From Solirubrobacteraceae bacterium (GTDB lineage: Bacteria; Actinomycetota; Thermoleophilia; Solirubrobacterales; Solirubrobacteraceae): a DNA stretch of 64,000 bases. Of the stretch, positions 1-9,659 are shown piece by piece; the first letter of the stretch is position 1, and every line of letters starts with the position of its first letter. The stretch lies in contig JAUMBQ010000005.1 in the NCBI GenBank assembly GCA_032119595.1, positions 30,328-94,327 on the forward strand, written 5' to 3'. The notes beneath the pieces are model-generated. The model saw only the letters and a list, made by a program, of their open reading frames with translations, did no database searches and was not told the origin of the DNA. The position numbers and the translations under genes are program-made.

Positions 1-214
1 CCGTCCGCTCGTGATGACCGGGACGACGCCCGAGGGCGCATCGTTCTCCGTGAAGTTCGGTGGCATCCCTCGCTCTGCAGCGATCGCCATTACGTCGGTC
101 CGCCCCGACGGGTACCGCCCGCGCGGTGCCCAGCAGCTCGCCATCGTCTTCGCTCGGCCGAAGTCGGGCGATGCACGCGTCACCCGCCTGATCGAAGTCA
201 AGCGCCCCTCGTGA
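1..214 (+). CDS. partial CDS (3' end) of a secreted protein paralogous to the next gene
   Basis: The frame is open to the window edge. C-terminal residues TGTTPEGASFSVKFGGIPRSAAIAITSV...VTRLIEV align with the C-terminus of the 211..2322 product (RGTTPSGGVMLVAFRGIPDSASVVVV...TRRIAVV). The TGA stop overlaps the next GTG start (GTGA). Confidence 0.5.
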   Translation, partial: RPLVMTGTTPEGASFSVKFGGIPRSAAIAITSVRPDGYRPRGAQQLAIVFARPKSGDARVTRLIEVKRPS

Positions 215-2322
215 CCTCCCCCAGGTCCTCCCGCGTGGGGGCATTCGTCGTCGCGGCCGCGATGATGCTCGCCGTCGGCATCGCGTCGCCGGCCGTATCG
301 GCTGCGGACACGGTGCCCACGACCATCGACGCGCTTGCGACGACGGCCTCCCAGTCGTCGGCGACGCCTGCCGCCGCCGCTCCGGCGGCTCCCGCCCAGA
401 CCGTCGACCCGGCCGCACCCGACCCCGCATGGGCGCTCCCGGACCGACTGATCGAACGCCTTGACGGGGACTGGCAGAAAAGCCGCCAGCTCTATCTCGA
501 TCGCGGCGGCGTCTCCATCCGGTCCAACGCCATGCTCATGGAGCTGCATGCCCTGGCTGCGCTGGCCGGCCATCAGGGCCCGGCCCGCCAGGACGCTCGC
601 CTCGCCGGCCTCGTCCGGCTGTTCACCACCCCACCCGTCGTCGTCTACAGCACCAAGACCAAACGCGGCACGGCCAGTTTCCCGCACACGCCAGCATGGG
701 AGAGCGTCTACCGCGCCGACAGCGAGCAGGCCATCCTCCACCCCTCCGCCGACGCGATCATCGCCCGCGCGCTGGCGGTTGCCTGGCGAGCACGCGACGT
801 CGCCGGGCTGCCACTCGAAGACAGCCAGCGCATCGAAGTGGTCGTCGGGGCGGTCGCGCGCGGCAAGTGGTACAAGGCGCCGAGCCGCGCCGAGAACCAG
901 ATCAACTGGAACGCCGACGTGTACGCCGCGAACCTCGAGGTCACCGGCGATCGCTCGAACCTCCCGGACTACCGCGCGCACCTCAAGTGGTTCATCGACC
1001 ACGCCTTCCGCAAGGCCTACAAGGGCGGCAGCAGCAACCTCTCCCGCGGGTACGGCTTCCGGTATCTCCCGCAGTACAACGGCGGTGGCGCCAACCAGGT
1101 CGACACCGTGGAGTACGCCAACCTCGTGCACTCCGTGCTCGGGTTCTACACCACGGCCGTGCGTGCCGGGATGCGGCCGCTGAACGGCAAGCAGATCAGC
1201 CAGCTCAAAGCCTGGTCGCGCCACATCCTCTTTGGCACGTGGACCCACGCCGGGTACCTGAACTGGGATTCGGGGCTCGGCACGTCCCGTCGGCACCTTC
1301 GGCAGTACTGGGCGTTCGCGCTCGATTCGCTGGTGCGGGCCTCTGGTCCGGGCGCGCTGCTCGGCACGTCCTCTGAGCGCAGCTACGTGCGGTACATCGC
1401 CGAACAGGGCCTCTCGCTGTTCGCGCGGACCGGGTGGGACGGCACCGGCCCATTGCCTTCTGCCACCAGCTTCGATGCCCCGAACGGGTTCCCCGAAGGG
1501 ACCAGGAGCCCGCTGATCACGCCGCTGCGCTTCGCGGTGATCGCGGCCTCGCTCGATGTCCGCCTCCCGGCGGTGACCCCGCGAGCGATGGGCAACGTCT
1601 ACGCCCACGACAGCGAGTTCGGTCGACTCGTCGTGTCGACCCGCGCCTACAACCTCGCCATCATCAAGCCCGTGAGCCAGGGGGAAGGCGGCTTTGAGCC
1701 GACGCGCCTCTTCGACGCCCAGCAGCGGCCCCTCACGGTGCTGGCCGCAGGCGGCTTCGGCGGCCCGTCGCCGGGTCTGAGACTCCAGCGGGGCGGCTCC
1801 ACCGTGCTCGAAAATCAACCCGGCACGCAGGCCTCTCGCCCGGTGCCAGGCATGTCCGTGGCGCGTAATCGGCGCAACCGCGCGGGAGCGTTCAGCACGC
1901 TCACCGCTGGCGCCAAGCTGCGTTCCGGCAAGGCCTCCATCGCGGTCCAGCACACCTTCAAGGGTTCGGCCTTCAGCACGAAGTACAAGCTCAGCCGCGG
2001 CGCCGCGACGACCGTGACGATGCGGCTGCCCGTGTGGGGGCGCGACAGCACCATCGACTTGCTCCGCGGAGCGCAGATACGCGGAAAGCGCATCGTGCGC
2101 ACCTCCGGAGCCATCCTGATTCGCGGAACGACCCCAAGCGGCGGCGTCATGCTGGTTGCCTTCCGAGGCATACCGGACAGCGCGTCGGTCGTCGTGGTCC
2201 GCCACAACAGGAGTTCCCGGGCACCCGACGGCGCCCGCGAGATCCGACTCCGTTTCAAGGCCGCCAAGGGCATGACGCTGACCCGGCGCATCGCCGTGGT
2301 GGCAAACGCGCCTCAGCGGTAG
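211..2322 (+). CDS. secreted protein of unknown function (signal peptide)
   Basis: 703-aa ORF. The N-terminus MTSPRSSRVGAFVVAAAMMLAVGIASPAVSA|AD is a canonical Sec signal. No catalytic motif was recognised. Its C-terminal beta-rich segment is paralogous to the upstream partial ORF. Confidence 0.75.
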   Translation: MTSPRSSRVGAFVVAAAMMLAVGIASPAVSAADTVPTTIDALATTASQSSATPAAAAPAAPAQTVDPAAPDPAWALPDRLIERLDGDWQKSRQLYLDRGGVSIRSNAMLMELHALAALAGHQGPARQDARLAGLVRLFTTPPVVVYSTKTKRGTASFPHTPAWESVYRADSEQAILHPSADAIIARALAVAWRARDVAGLPLEDSQRIEVVVGAVARGKWYKAPSRAENQINWNADVYAANLEVTGDRSNLPDYRAHLKWFIDHAFRKAYKGGSSNLSRGYGFRYLPQYNGGGANQVDTVEYANLVHSVLGFYTTAVRAGMRPLNGKQISQLKAWSRHILFGTWTHAGYLNWDSGLGTSRRHLRQYWAFALDSLVRASGPGALLGTSSERSYVRYIAEQGLSLFARTGWDGTGPLPSATSFDAPNGFPEGTRSPLITPLRFAVIAASLDVRLPAVTPRAMGNVYAHDSEFGRLVVSTRAYNLAIIKPVSQGEGGFEPTRLFDAQQRPLTVLAAGGFGGPSPGLRLQRGGSTVLENQPGTQASRPVPGMSVARNRRNRAGAFSTLTAGAKLRSGKASIAVQHTFKGSAFSTKYKLSRGAATTVTMRLPVWGRDSTIDLLRGAQIRGKRIVRTSGAILIRGTTPSGGVMLVAFRGIPDSASVVVVRHNRSSRAPDGAREIRLRFKAAKGMTLTRRIAVVANAPQR

Positions 2323-2453
2323 CGACGGCGGCCCGTCGCCGGCCCGTCCATTGGCCGAGATCGCCGCCTTTGCAGGGAACTTCCATGTGAAGGGACGGTG
2401 ATCGGTCACACGAGGTTCACGGCGGCGGGCCCCTGTAGTGGGACGGTCGGACC

Positions 2454-3491
2454 GTGGTCTCCGACGACGCCTTCCCGTTTGGCAGCGAACTTCGCGCGCT
2501 CCCCGATGCGCCGACGCAACCGCTGCCGAGCGCTTCGGCACGGCCAGTGCCGAGACGGCGATCCACCGATCGCCGGCAATCCGAGCGGCTGCCGTTCGTG
2601 GTCGCCCATCGAGGAGCGAGCGGCGTGCTCCCCGAGCACACCCTCCCCGCCTTCGCCCGCGCGATCGCGCTCGGCGCGGATGCCGTGGAGGTCGACGTCG
2701 TTGCGACGTCCGACGGCCGCCTCGTCGCGCGCCATGAATCCGAACTTGCCGACACCACCAACGCCGCCGAGCGTGCCGACCTCGTCGAACTTTCGCGCTC
2801 CCGCGGCCATCAGGTCGATCACGCGGGAGCCCTCTGCACCCACGACCTCACCCTTCGCGACCTCACCCGGCTGCGTGCGCGGCAGCGGTGGCGCCACCGG
2901 CCGATCAATCACGACGACCTCTTCATGGTCCCGTCGCTCCAGCAGGTCCTCGGACTGGTTCGCCGCTCCAGGACGCGCGACGGCCGCGTGCCGGCCATCC
3001 ACATCGAACTCAAGGACGCCGCGCGGCACGCCGAACTTGGCCTGCCCCTCGAGCGCGAGCTCGTCCGTGACCTTGCCTCACAGGGCTGGAACCGCTCCGA
3101 CGCACCGGTCCTCGTGCAGAGTTTCGAGCCCGACAGCCTGCTGCTGCTCGCCGGCCGCAGCGAGGTCCCCCTCCTGCAGCTCGCACGCCTCGACGACGAC
3201 GGACTCGCGCGCTGTACCGACCGCGGCCTGGAGGCGATCGCAACGTACGCCGTAGGCATCGGCGTCTCGCGGGAGCTCCTCGGCGAGACCGGCGGGGAAC
3301 TCATCGCGCGCGCCCAGGCCCGCGGGCTCGTCGTCCACGTGTACACCTTTGCCGACGACGACCCGACGCAGGTCGACACCGCCGGTGCGTACACCGCAGC
3401 GCTCAAGCTCGGTGCCGACGCGCTCATCACCGATTTCGTCGACTCGGCCGTCCGCGCCCGCGACCGCTGGGCCGCCGCCGACGCAGGCTGA
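2454..3491 (+). CDS. glycerophosphodiester phosphodiesterase family protein (GDPD)
   Basis: GDPD signature FVVAHRGASGVLPEHTLPAF followed by GADAVEVDVV. The start codon is uncertain because the ~55-aa N-terminal leader is not conserved-looking. Confidence 0.8.
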   Translation: MVSDDAFPFGSELRALPDAPTQPLPSASARPVPRRRSTDRRQSERLPFVVAHRGASGVLPEHTLPAFARAIALGADAVEVDVVATSDGRLVARHESELADTTNAAERADLVELSRSRGHQVDHAGALCTHDLTLRDLTRLRARQRWRHRPINHDDLFMVPSLQQVLGLVRRSRTRDGRVPAIHIELKDAARHAELGLPLERELVRDLASQGWNRSDAPVLVQSFEPDSLLLLAGRSEVPLLQLARLDDDGLARCTDRGLEAIATYAVGIGVSRELLGETGGELIARAQARGLVVHVYTFADDDPTQVDTAGAYTAALKLGADALITDFVDSAVRARDRWAAADAG

Positions 3492-3510
3492 GCCTCCTCC
3501 CGGACGGTCG

Positions 3511-4329
3511 TCAGATCACCGCAGGGTCATCGCCTGGCGCCTCGACCGGAACGAGTGGAACGTCCTCCAGGCGACGCACCTCGTGTTCGTGCCCCATCCT
3601 TCGCAGGGCCAGGAACGCCGCCCCGAAGATCACCGATCCGACGGTGATGGCCTCAACCGACGCCGCCGGATCCTTGATCGGCGCCGACACCGAGATCTCG
3701 ATCTCCGCGAGTTCGTAGGCCAGTCGGGCATGGTCGTAGAACACGATCGGATCGTCTGCGACGCCAAGCTCTCGGAGCGCGAGCAGAGCCTCCGCGAGGT
3801 CGGCACGGGCGGGCGCAGCCGGATCGACCTGGAACCCGAGCGTGTCGACGAAGGCATCCGTCGCGGCCCGGGCTGACCGAAGGGCCACGTCCTGTTCGGA
3901 CTGCTCTTCAACGTCCGGCTCGGGCGTCGTCGTGGCGGTGGTGCGACGTGCGCTGGTCAAGGCGTACCCCACGACCTGCGCCAGTTCGGCCCGGCCGCTC
4001 GCATCGCCGCCGTCGATCTGGGTCGCGATCTCTCGGATCTGCGCGATCGAGAGCTTCCCCACGTCCGCCAAGACACCCACCACTCGAAGCCGGCGCAGGT
4101 GCGCAACGTCGTAGAGCGCCTGGGTTTTCGCCGTGGCCTGCCCGGGCGGGAGCAGCCCCTCTCGGAGGTAGTACTTGATGGTGCCGATCGGAACGCCGCT
4201 CAAACGGCTGAGTTCTCCGATTCGGAACGGGCCAGGCGCCTCCCCGCCCGCGGACGCTTCGGTGAACGGATTGAACGCCTGGCGGTCGGCCGGCGTGACC
4301 TCCATGAACTCGAGTCGCTTGACGGGCAT
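3511..4329 (-). CDS. MerR family transcriptional regulator
   Basis: N-terminal MerR HTH: FRIGELSRLSGVPIGTIKYYLREGLLPPG...YDVAHLRRLRVV. Divergent from the DUF4188 gene. Confidence 0.85.
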   Translation of the reverse strand: MPVKRLEFMEVTPADRQAFNPFTEASAGGEAPGPFRIGELSRLSGVPIGTIKYYLREGLLPPGQATAKTQALYDVAHLRRLRVVGVLADVGKLSIAQIREIATQIDGGDASGRAELAQVVGYALTSARRTTATTTPEPDVEEQSEQDVALRSARAATDAFVDTLGFQVDPAAPARADLAEALLALRELGVADDPIVFYDHARLAYELAEIEISVSAPIKDPAASVEAITVGSVIFGAAFLALRRMGHEHEVRRLEDVPLVPVEAPGDDPAVI

Positions 4330-4349
4330 GAAGAAGAGTGTAACTTCCT

Positions 4350-4374
4350 AGTTGGAAACCGCCAGTTTCCAACT
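4350..4374. promoter_or_regulatory. dyad AGTTGGAAAC-N5-GTTTCCAACT in the MerR/DUF4188 divergent intergenic region (candidate MerR operator)
   Basis: Perfect 10-bp inverted repeat with a 5-nt spacer, flanked by the direct repeat AACTTCCT (4342-4349 and 4371-4378). It lies 20 bp from the MerR start and 27 bp from the DUF4188 start. Confidence 0.45.
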
Positions 4375-4400
4375 TCCTGCTTGGAGTCCAGAGCCCCGCC

Positions 4401-4895
4401 ATGACCGACCGCACCGTCCCCATGACCGCGACCGATGAGGACGACGTCGTCGTCTTCCTGATCGGCATGACCTTCAACCGCATCTGGAAGGTGCGCTCGT
4501 GGTGGCCGACCTTCACGGCCATGCCGCGCATGATCAAAGAACTCGAGGCGGCACCGGAACTCGGCCTTCTCTCGACGCGAACGACGATTGGGTCGCGCGG
4601 GCCGACGGTGATTCAGTATTGGCGCAGCGTCGAGCATCTGGAACGGTTCGCCCGTGCCAAGGACCACACGCACACGCCGGCGTGGGCGGCGTTCATGAAG
4701 TCGGCGGCGGCGACGAACGGCGACGTCGGCATCTGGCACGAGACGTTCGTGACGCGCCCCGGCGAACGCGAGACCATCTACCACGCCACCCCACGGTTCG
4801 GGTTCGGCAAGGCAGCGTCGCGCTATGCGCCGATCGGCCCCGCCGAGGCGACCGCCAAGAAGCGCCGGCAGGCCGGAGCGCCGTCGGCAACCTAG
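4401..4895 (+). CDS. DUF4188 domain-containing protein
   Basis: 164 aa. The sequence VVFLIGMTFNRIWKVRSWWPTFTAMPRMIKELE...VIQYWRSVEHLERFA is typical of the DUF4188 (monooxygenase-like) family as I remember it. Confidence 0.75.
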   Translation: MTDRTVPMTATDEDDVVVFLIGMTFNRIWKVRSWWPTFTAMPRMIKELEAAPELGLLSTRTTIGSRGPTVIQYWRSVEHLERFARAKDHTHTPAWAAFMKSAAATNGDVGIWHETFVTRPGERETIYHATPRFGFGKAASRYAPIGPAEATAKKRRQAGAPSAT

Positions 4896-5683
4896 AAAAT
4901 TGCGCGCACGGAGCCGCCGTCGACCGACCACACAGCGCCGACGACGTTCGATACCCGGGGCGAGCAGAGGAACACCGCGATGTCGGCCACCTCACCCGCC
5001 GTGCCGACCCGCCCGAGCGGGAGCCCGGCACCCATCGCGTCGATCGCGTCCTGCGCGGTGCCGCCCTTTCGCTCGGCGATCTGATCGGCCATACCGCCGG
5101 GTTCCATCCACAGCTCGGTTGACGCCGGCCCTGGAGCGATCGCGTTGATGAGCACTCCGCGCGGGGCCCAGTGCTCGGCGAAGGCCCGGCTCAGCGCAAG
5201 CTGCCCGCTTTTGGCAACCCCGTAGGCCGGGTTCTGCGACGCGGGCCGTCGTCCGGCACTCGACGTGACGTTCACGATGCGGCCGAACTGCGCTTCCGCC
5301 ATTACCGGTGCGGCCGCCCGCATGAGACGCATCGGCGCGTCGACGTGCTGGGCCCACTGATCACGCCAGTCCGCATCGGTGAGTTCTTCCATTGGCGTGA
5401 CCTTCGTGCCGCCGGCGTTATTGACGAGCACGTCGACGCGGCCGAACCGACGCCGGCACGTGCTCACGATTTGCTCCGCAGCATCCCGGCCGGTGACATC
5501 AGCAACAAGGGTTGCGACCTGCATCCCCGGGAGCTTCGACGCAGCCTCTTCGAGCGCAGCCTCGCCGCGCGCCACCAGCAGCACGCACGCGCCTTCCTCG
5601 ATGAGGCGCTCGGCGATCGCGAAGCCGAACCCGCGGGACCCGCCGGTGACGATGCACGCCCGGCCCTTCAGCTGCAGATCCAT
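4892..5683 (-). CDS. SDR family oxidoreductase
   Basis: Rossmann motif KGRACIVTGGSRGFGFAIA, NNAG, and an active-site YGVAKSG (YxxxK). The start is set at MDLQLKG (ATG 5683); the longer ORF to 5785 adds a non-conserved leader. Confidence 0.9.
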   Translation of the reverse strand: MDLQLKGRACIVTGGSRGFGFAIAERLIEEGACVLLVARGEAALEEAASKLPGMQVATLVADVTGRDAAEQIVSTCRRRFGRVDVLVNNAGGTKVTPMEELTDADWRDQWAQHVDAPMRLMRAAAPVMAEAQFGRIVNVTSSAGRRPASQNPAYGVAKSGQLALSRAFAEHWAPRGVLINAIAPGPASTELWMEPGGMADQIAERKGGTAQDAIDAMGAGLPLGRVGTAGEVADIAVFLCSPRVSNVVGAVWSVDGGSVRAIF

Positions 5684-5812
5684 GGCGGGCAGCCTAGCCC
5701 GCGCGGCGCCGGTCACGAGCGCTTCACGCGTGGTTGGCACGAGGGTCACATCGAATGGACTGGCGCCCGTCAGGCTCGCGGCCACTCACCGCTCTCCAAG
5801 GAGTCCCCCGAA

Positions 5813-7042
5813 GTGTCCTTCCCCACGTTCGCCACCCGGTTCATGGCGGCTGCCGCCGTCTCGGCAGCGATGTCGCTCGGCGCGCTGACCGCCGCCGCCC
5901 CGGCCGCACCCCACGCCACCCACGGCCCGTCGGCCAAGGCCGCCTCGTGGACGTGGCCGTCGCTGAAGTCGAGGCAGCCGCTGGTCATCGGTCACCGCGG
6001 CGCCTCCGGCTACCTGCCCGAGCACACGCTCGCGTCGTATTCGCTCGCCATCACGCAGGGGGCCGACTACATCGAAGCCGACCTCGTCGCGACCAAAGAC
6101 GGTCAGCTGATCTCGCGTCACGAGCCGAACTTGATCGGCACGACCGATGTCGCGAGCCGTCCCGAGTTCGCCAGCCGCAAGCGCACGCTGACGGTGGACG
6201 GCATCGCGGAGGAGGGCTTCTTCGCCTCCGACTTCACACTGGCCGAGATCAAGTCGCTTCGCGCGATCCAGCGCCTGCCCGAGCGCGGCCTGTTCTACGA
6301 CGGCCGCTACTCGATCCCGACGTTCGAAGAGGTCATCGAGCTCGCCAAGCGCCGGGCCCGCAGCACCGGCCGTGAGATCGGCGTCTATGCCGAGACCAAG
6401 CATCCGACGCTCCACAAGCAGCTCGGCCTGCCGCTGGAGCCCAAGGTCGTCGCGGTCCTCAAGAAGGAGCACTGGAACGTGCGCAGCGCCCCGGTCTTCC
6501 TTCAGAGCTTCGAGCCCGGCAGCCTGAAGGACCTCAAGAAGATCTCACCCGACAAGCGCGTCCAGCTCATCGATGCCGACGACGTGAACGCCGACGGCGT
6601 GATCCAGTTCGCGGCCCCGAGCGACCGCCCTTACGACTGGACCACCTCCGGCGATCCGGCGCTCACGGCCCGCACCTACGGCCAGATGGTCACCGACGCG
6701 GGCCTGGATGAGATCCGCAAGTACGCCGACGGCATCGGCCCGTGGAAGCCGTACATCGTGAGCACCAAGCTCGATCCGGCGCTCACGACGCCGGGAGCCT
6801 CGGCGCGGCGCACGATCGCCCCGACCGATCTCGTCGACCGGGCCCACCAGCGCGGACTGGTGGTGCATCCGTTCACGTTCCGTAACGAGCAGCGCTACCT
6901 GTCGGCCAGCTACGGCACGAACCCGGTCGAGGAATACCGCCAGTTCTACGAACTCGGCGTTGACGGTGTCTTCACCGACTACCCCGACACGGCCGTGACG
7001 GCGCGGACGCTGCTGGGGATCGACGCGCTGGCCGCAAACTAA
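5813..7042 (+). CDS. glpQ: secreted glycerophosphodiester phosphodiesterase (GlpQ-like)
   Basis: PLVIGHRGASGYLPEHTLASY...GADYIEADLVATKDGQLISRHE. GTG 5813 is preceded by AAGGAG (5798-5803) and followed by a signal-like segment FMAAAAVSAAMSLGALTAAAPAAP. The annotated 5171 start is antisense overlap with the SDR gene. Confidence 0.85.
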   Translation: MSFPTFATRFMAAAAVSAAMSLGALTAAAPAAPHATHGPSAKAASWTWPSLKSRQPLVIGHRGASGYLPEHTLASYSLAITQGADYIEADLVATKDGQLISRHEPNLIGTTDVASRPEFASRKRTLTVDGIAEEGFFASDFTLAEIKSLRAIQRLPERGLFYDGRYSIPTFEEVIELAKRRARSTGREIGVYAETKHPTLHKQLGLPLEPKVVAVLKKEHWNVRSAPVFLQSFEPGSLKDLKKISPDKRVQLIDADDVNADGVIQFAAPSDRPYDWTTSGDPALTARTYGQMVTDAGLDEIRKYADGIGPWKPYIVSTKLDPALTTPGASARRTIAPTDLVDRAHQRGLVVHPFTFRNEQRYLSASYGTNPVEEYRQFYELGVDGVFTDYPDTAVTARTLLGIDALAAN

Positions 7043-7065
7043 GCGGGCACGACGCCCCATCGTGA

Positions 7066-7102
7066 GCAGTCGCGGGGCCAGAGACCCAAGCTCCGCGACT
7101 GC
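7066..7102. terminator. GC-rich hairpin between convergent glpQ and the CNNM gene
   Basis: GCAGTCGCGG-N17-CCGCGACTGC, a 10-bp perfect stem with no clear U-tract. Confidence 0.45.
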
Positions 7103-7114
7103 AGCGACGCCCCT

Positions 7115-8158
7115 CTAGGACTCCGCGTTGAGCTCGTCGGTGATCTCGCCGACGAGCTCCTCGAGCACGTCTTCCAGGGCGACGAGACCGAGCAGTTCGC
7201 CGCCGCCGTCGGTCACGAGCGCGAGGTGCGCGCCGGTGCGCTGAAGCGTCGACAGGACGCCGCGGAGCGGGTCGCTAATCCCGACGCTCGGCAGGGGCCG
7301 CACGAGGTCGGAGGGCGTCGGCTCGGCGAGGGCCTCGTCGTCGGTGCGCAGGACGTCTTTGAGGTGCAGGTACCCGGAGAGCACGCCGTCCTGGTCCTCG
7401 ACCGGGAAGCGCGAGAAGCCGGTGCGGGAGGCCTCCAGCTCAAGCGCGCGCGGCGTCACGTGCACCGGCACGGTGACGACCTCGTCGAGCGGCAGCAGCA
7501 CGGTCTGCGCGGTGCGCTTCTCGAACTCAAGGGCGCCGGTGAGGAGCTGCTCCTCGCCGAGGTCCAGGAGTCCCTCGCGCCGCGACTCGGCGACGAGCCC
7601 CGCCACTTCGTCGCGCGTGAACGCGCTCGTCACCTCATCGCGAGGGGTGACGCGCAGGATCCGCAGGCAGAGATTCGCGAACGTGTTGAGGGCCACGATG
7701 AAGGGGCCGAGCAGCCGCACGACGACCACCAGCGGCGGGCCGAGGATGAGCGCGGCGCGGTCCGGCGCGGCGAGCGCGAAGTTCTTCGGGACCATCTCGC
7801 CGACCACGACGTGCAGATACACGACGATCGACAGGGCGATCACGAACGCTACGGGGTGCAGGAACGACTCCGGCATCCCCGCCGATGCGAACGGACCCTC
7901 GAGCAGGTGCGCGACGGCCGGCTCACCGATGGAGCCCAGGCCGAGCGAGCAGATCGTGATGCCAAGCTGCGCGCCCGCCATCATCAGCGACACGTTCTCC
8001 ATCGCGTAGAGCGTCGTGCGCGCCGAGCGCGAACCCTCGATCGCCTTCGGCTCAATGTTGGAGCGGCGCGCGGAAATCAGCGCGAACTCGGCGCCGACGA
8101 AGAACGCGTTGGCGAACAGCAGCAAGACCGCAAAGCCCACGAGGGTCAGATCGCTCAT
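7115..8158 (-). CDS. hemolysin-family / CNNM (DUF21-CBS) transporter-associated protein
   Basis: DUF21 N-terminus LLLFANAFFVGAEFALISARRS and GEMVPKNFAL, followed by a CBS pair. Confidence 0.9.
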   Translation of the reverse strand: MSDLTLVGFAVLLLFANAFFVGAEFALISARRSNIEPKAIEGSRSARTTLYAMENVSLMMAGAQLGITICSLGLGSIGEPAVAHLLEGPFASAGMPESFLHPVAFVIALSIVVYLHVVVGEMVPKNFALAAPDRAALILGPPLVVVVRLLGPFIVALNTFANLCLRILRVTPRDEVTSAFTRDEVAGLVAESRREGLLDLGEEQLLTGALEFEKRTAQTVLLPLDEVVTVPVHVTPRALELEASRTGFSRFPVEDQDGVLSGYLHLKDVLRTDDEALAEPTPSDLVRPLPSVGISDPLRGVLSTLQRTGAHLALVTDGGGELLGLVALEDVLEELVGEITDELNAES

Positions 8159-9540
8159 CGCTCGCCCTCGTTCCAGCGCAGCTCGGGATCGTCGCCGTCG
8201 TCGTCCGGGTCGAGTTCCGGGATTTCCTCGAACGCGAGGTGCACGCGGTCAACCCGCAGGCCGTGCATCTCCGTCGCGACGAGCGTGACGCGAAGGTCGG
8301 GGTCGTCGAAGCGCTCGATCGTGAACTCGACCTCGTCGCCTTCGTCCGGGATCCGGCCGAGGTGCAAGGTCAGGAGTCCGGCGAGCGTCTCGTAGTCCTC
8401 GTCTTCGGGCAACGGCACACCGACGACCTCGGAGGCTTCGTCGGGCCGCAGCAGTCCGGAGAGGTCCCAGGTGCCGTCGGGCTCCTGCCGTGCGGAGGCG
8501 TCCGCGTTGTCGTGCTCGTCGACGACGTCACCGACGAGTTCCTCGATGAGGTCCTCCATCGTCACGACACCGTCGACGCCTCCGAACTCGTCGACGACGA
8601 CGGCGATCTGCAGCCGGCCTTCCCGGAGCATCTCCAGGAGGTTGTCGAGTTCGATTGACGACGGCACGACGACGGGGTCGACCATCACGTCGCCGACGGA
8701 CACGCGCTCGCGGTCCTCCGGATCGACGTCGACGACGTGCTTGACGTGCACGATCCCGACGACCTGGTCGACGCCCTCGGGCACGACCGGGAAGCGGGAG
8801 TGGCCGGTGGCATTGGCGAGTTCGTAGACGTCGTTGAGTGGCTGCTGGGGCTCGATCGTCTGCATCCGCACGCGCGGGGTCATGACGTCGTCGGCGCGGC
8901 GGTCGCCGAAGGCCAGGGATCGCGCGAGGAGATCGGCGGTGCCCTCAGCAAGCGTGCCCTGCTCCGCGGAGCGGTTTACAAGCGACGCGAGTTCTTGCGG
9001 CGAGCGCGCTGAGGCCAGCTCTTCCTGGGGCTCGACGCCGAATCGATGCAGGATCACGTTGGCCGTGCCATTGAAGAAGGTGATCGGCCAGGCCACGAGC
9101 CGCGTGAACGTGCGCTGGAAGGCCTGGACGGCCTTGATCGTCTCCAGCGGGCGGGCGATCGCGATGTTCTTGGGCACGAGTTCGCCGAAGACCATCGTGA
9201 GGACCGTCGACAACGCGAGGGCCAGCGCGACGGCGACGCCTTTGGCCGCGCCGTCCGAGAGCCCGAGCGACGCCAGGGGTCCGTCGACGAGTTCAGCGAT
9301 CGATGGCTCCGCGAGGAAGCCGATCGCGAGGTTCGTGACGGTGATACCGACCTGCGCTCCGGAGAGCTGCGTCGAGAGCGAGCGCAGGGCTTTCAGCCCA
9401 CCGGCCGCGCCCTTCTCGCCCGATTCCGCAGCGCGCTCAAGCGTCGGCCGGTCGACGGTGATCATCGCGAACTCGGCCGCGACGAACGCCCCGCAGGCGG
9501 CGACGAGCAGCAGCCCGATCAGGATCAGCAGCCACTCCAT
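8155..9540 (-). CDS. HlyC/CorC family transporter (DUF21-CBS-CorC_HlyC)
   Basis: VAAEFAMITVDR, GELVPKNIAI, a CBS pair and a C-terminal CorC_HlyC-like domain. It has a 4-nt overlap with the downstream paralog. Confidence 0.9.
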   Translation of the reverse strand: MEWLLILIGLLLVAACGAFVAAEFAMITVDRPTLERAAESGEKGAAGGLKALRSLSTQLSGAQVGITVTNLAIGFLAEPSIAELVDGPLASLGLSDGAAKGVAVALALALSTVLTMVFGELVPKNIAIARPLETIKAVQAFQRTFTRLVAWPITFFNGTANVILHRFGVEPQEELASARSPQELASLVNRSAEQGTLAEGTADLLARSLAFGDRRADDVMTPRVRMQTIEPQQPLNDVYELANATGHSRFPVVPEGVDQVVGIVHVKHVVDVDPEDRERVSVGDVMVDPVVVPSSIELDNLLEMLREGRLQIAVVVDEFGGVDGVVTMEDLIEELVGDVVDEHDNADASARQEPDGTWDLSGLLRPDEASEVVGVPLPEDEDYETLAGLLTLHLGRIPDEGDEVEFTIERFDDPDLRVTLVATEMHGLRVDRVHLAFEEIPELDPDDDGDDPELRWNEGER

Positions 9541-9659
9541 GTGGTCACCCCCTGTCGGTCAGCGGCGCGGAGCGGGCTGCGTTGCGGAGGGTCGTCGTCG
9601 TCGAGGGCGGCGGGCATCTGCTGCGGCCACTCTATCGAGCGGCCAGGGCGGCGCCCCGG

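Noticed and set aside
5171-5812. N-terminal 214 codons of the annotated 623-aa GlpQ ORF.
   Set aside because: This part is antisense to the SDR gene and not protein-like. A GTG at 5813 with an AAGGAG Shine-Dalgarno and a signal-peptide-like segment gives a normal-length GlpQ.
9541-9659. Possible Mg2+ (M-box) or other riboswitch in the leader of the CNNM/CorC operon.
   Set aside because: Only ~119 nt are available, and none of the conserved M-box helices or motifs were recognisable by eye.
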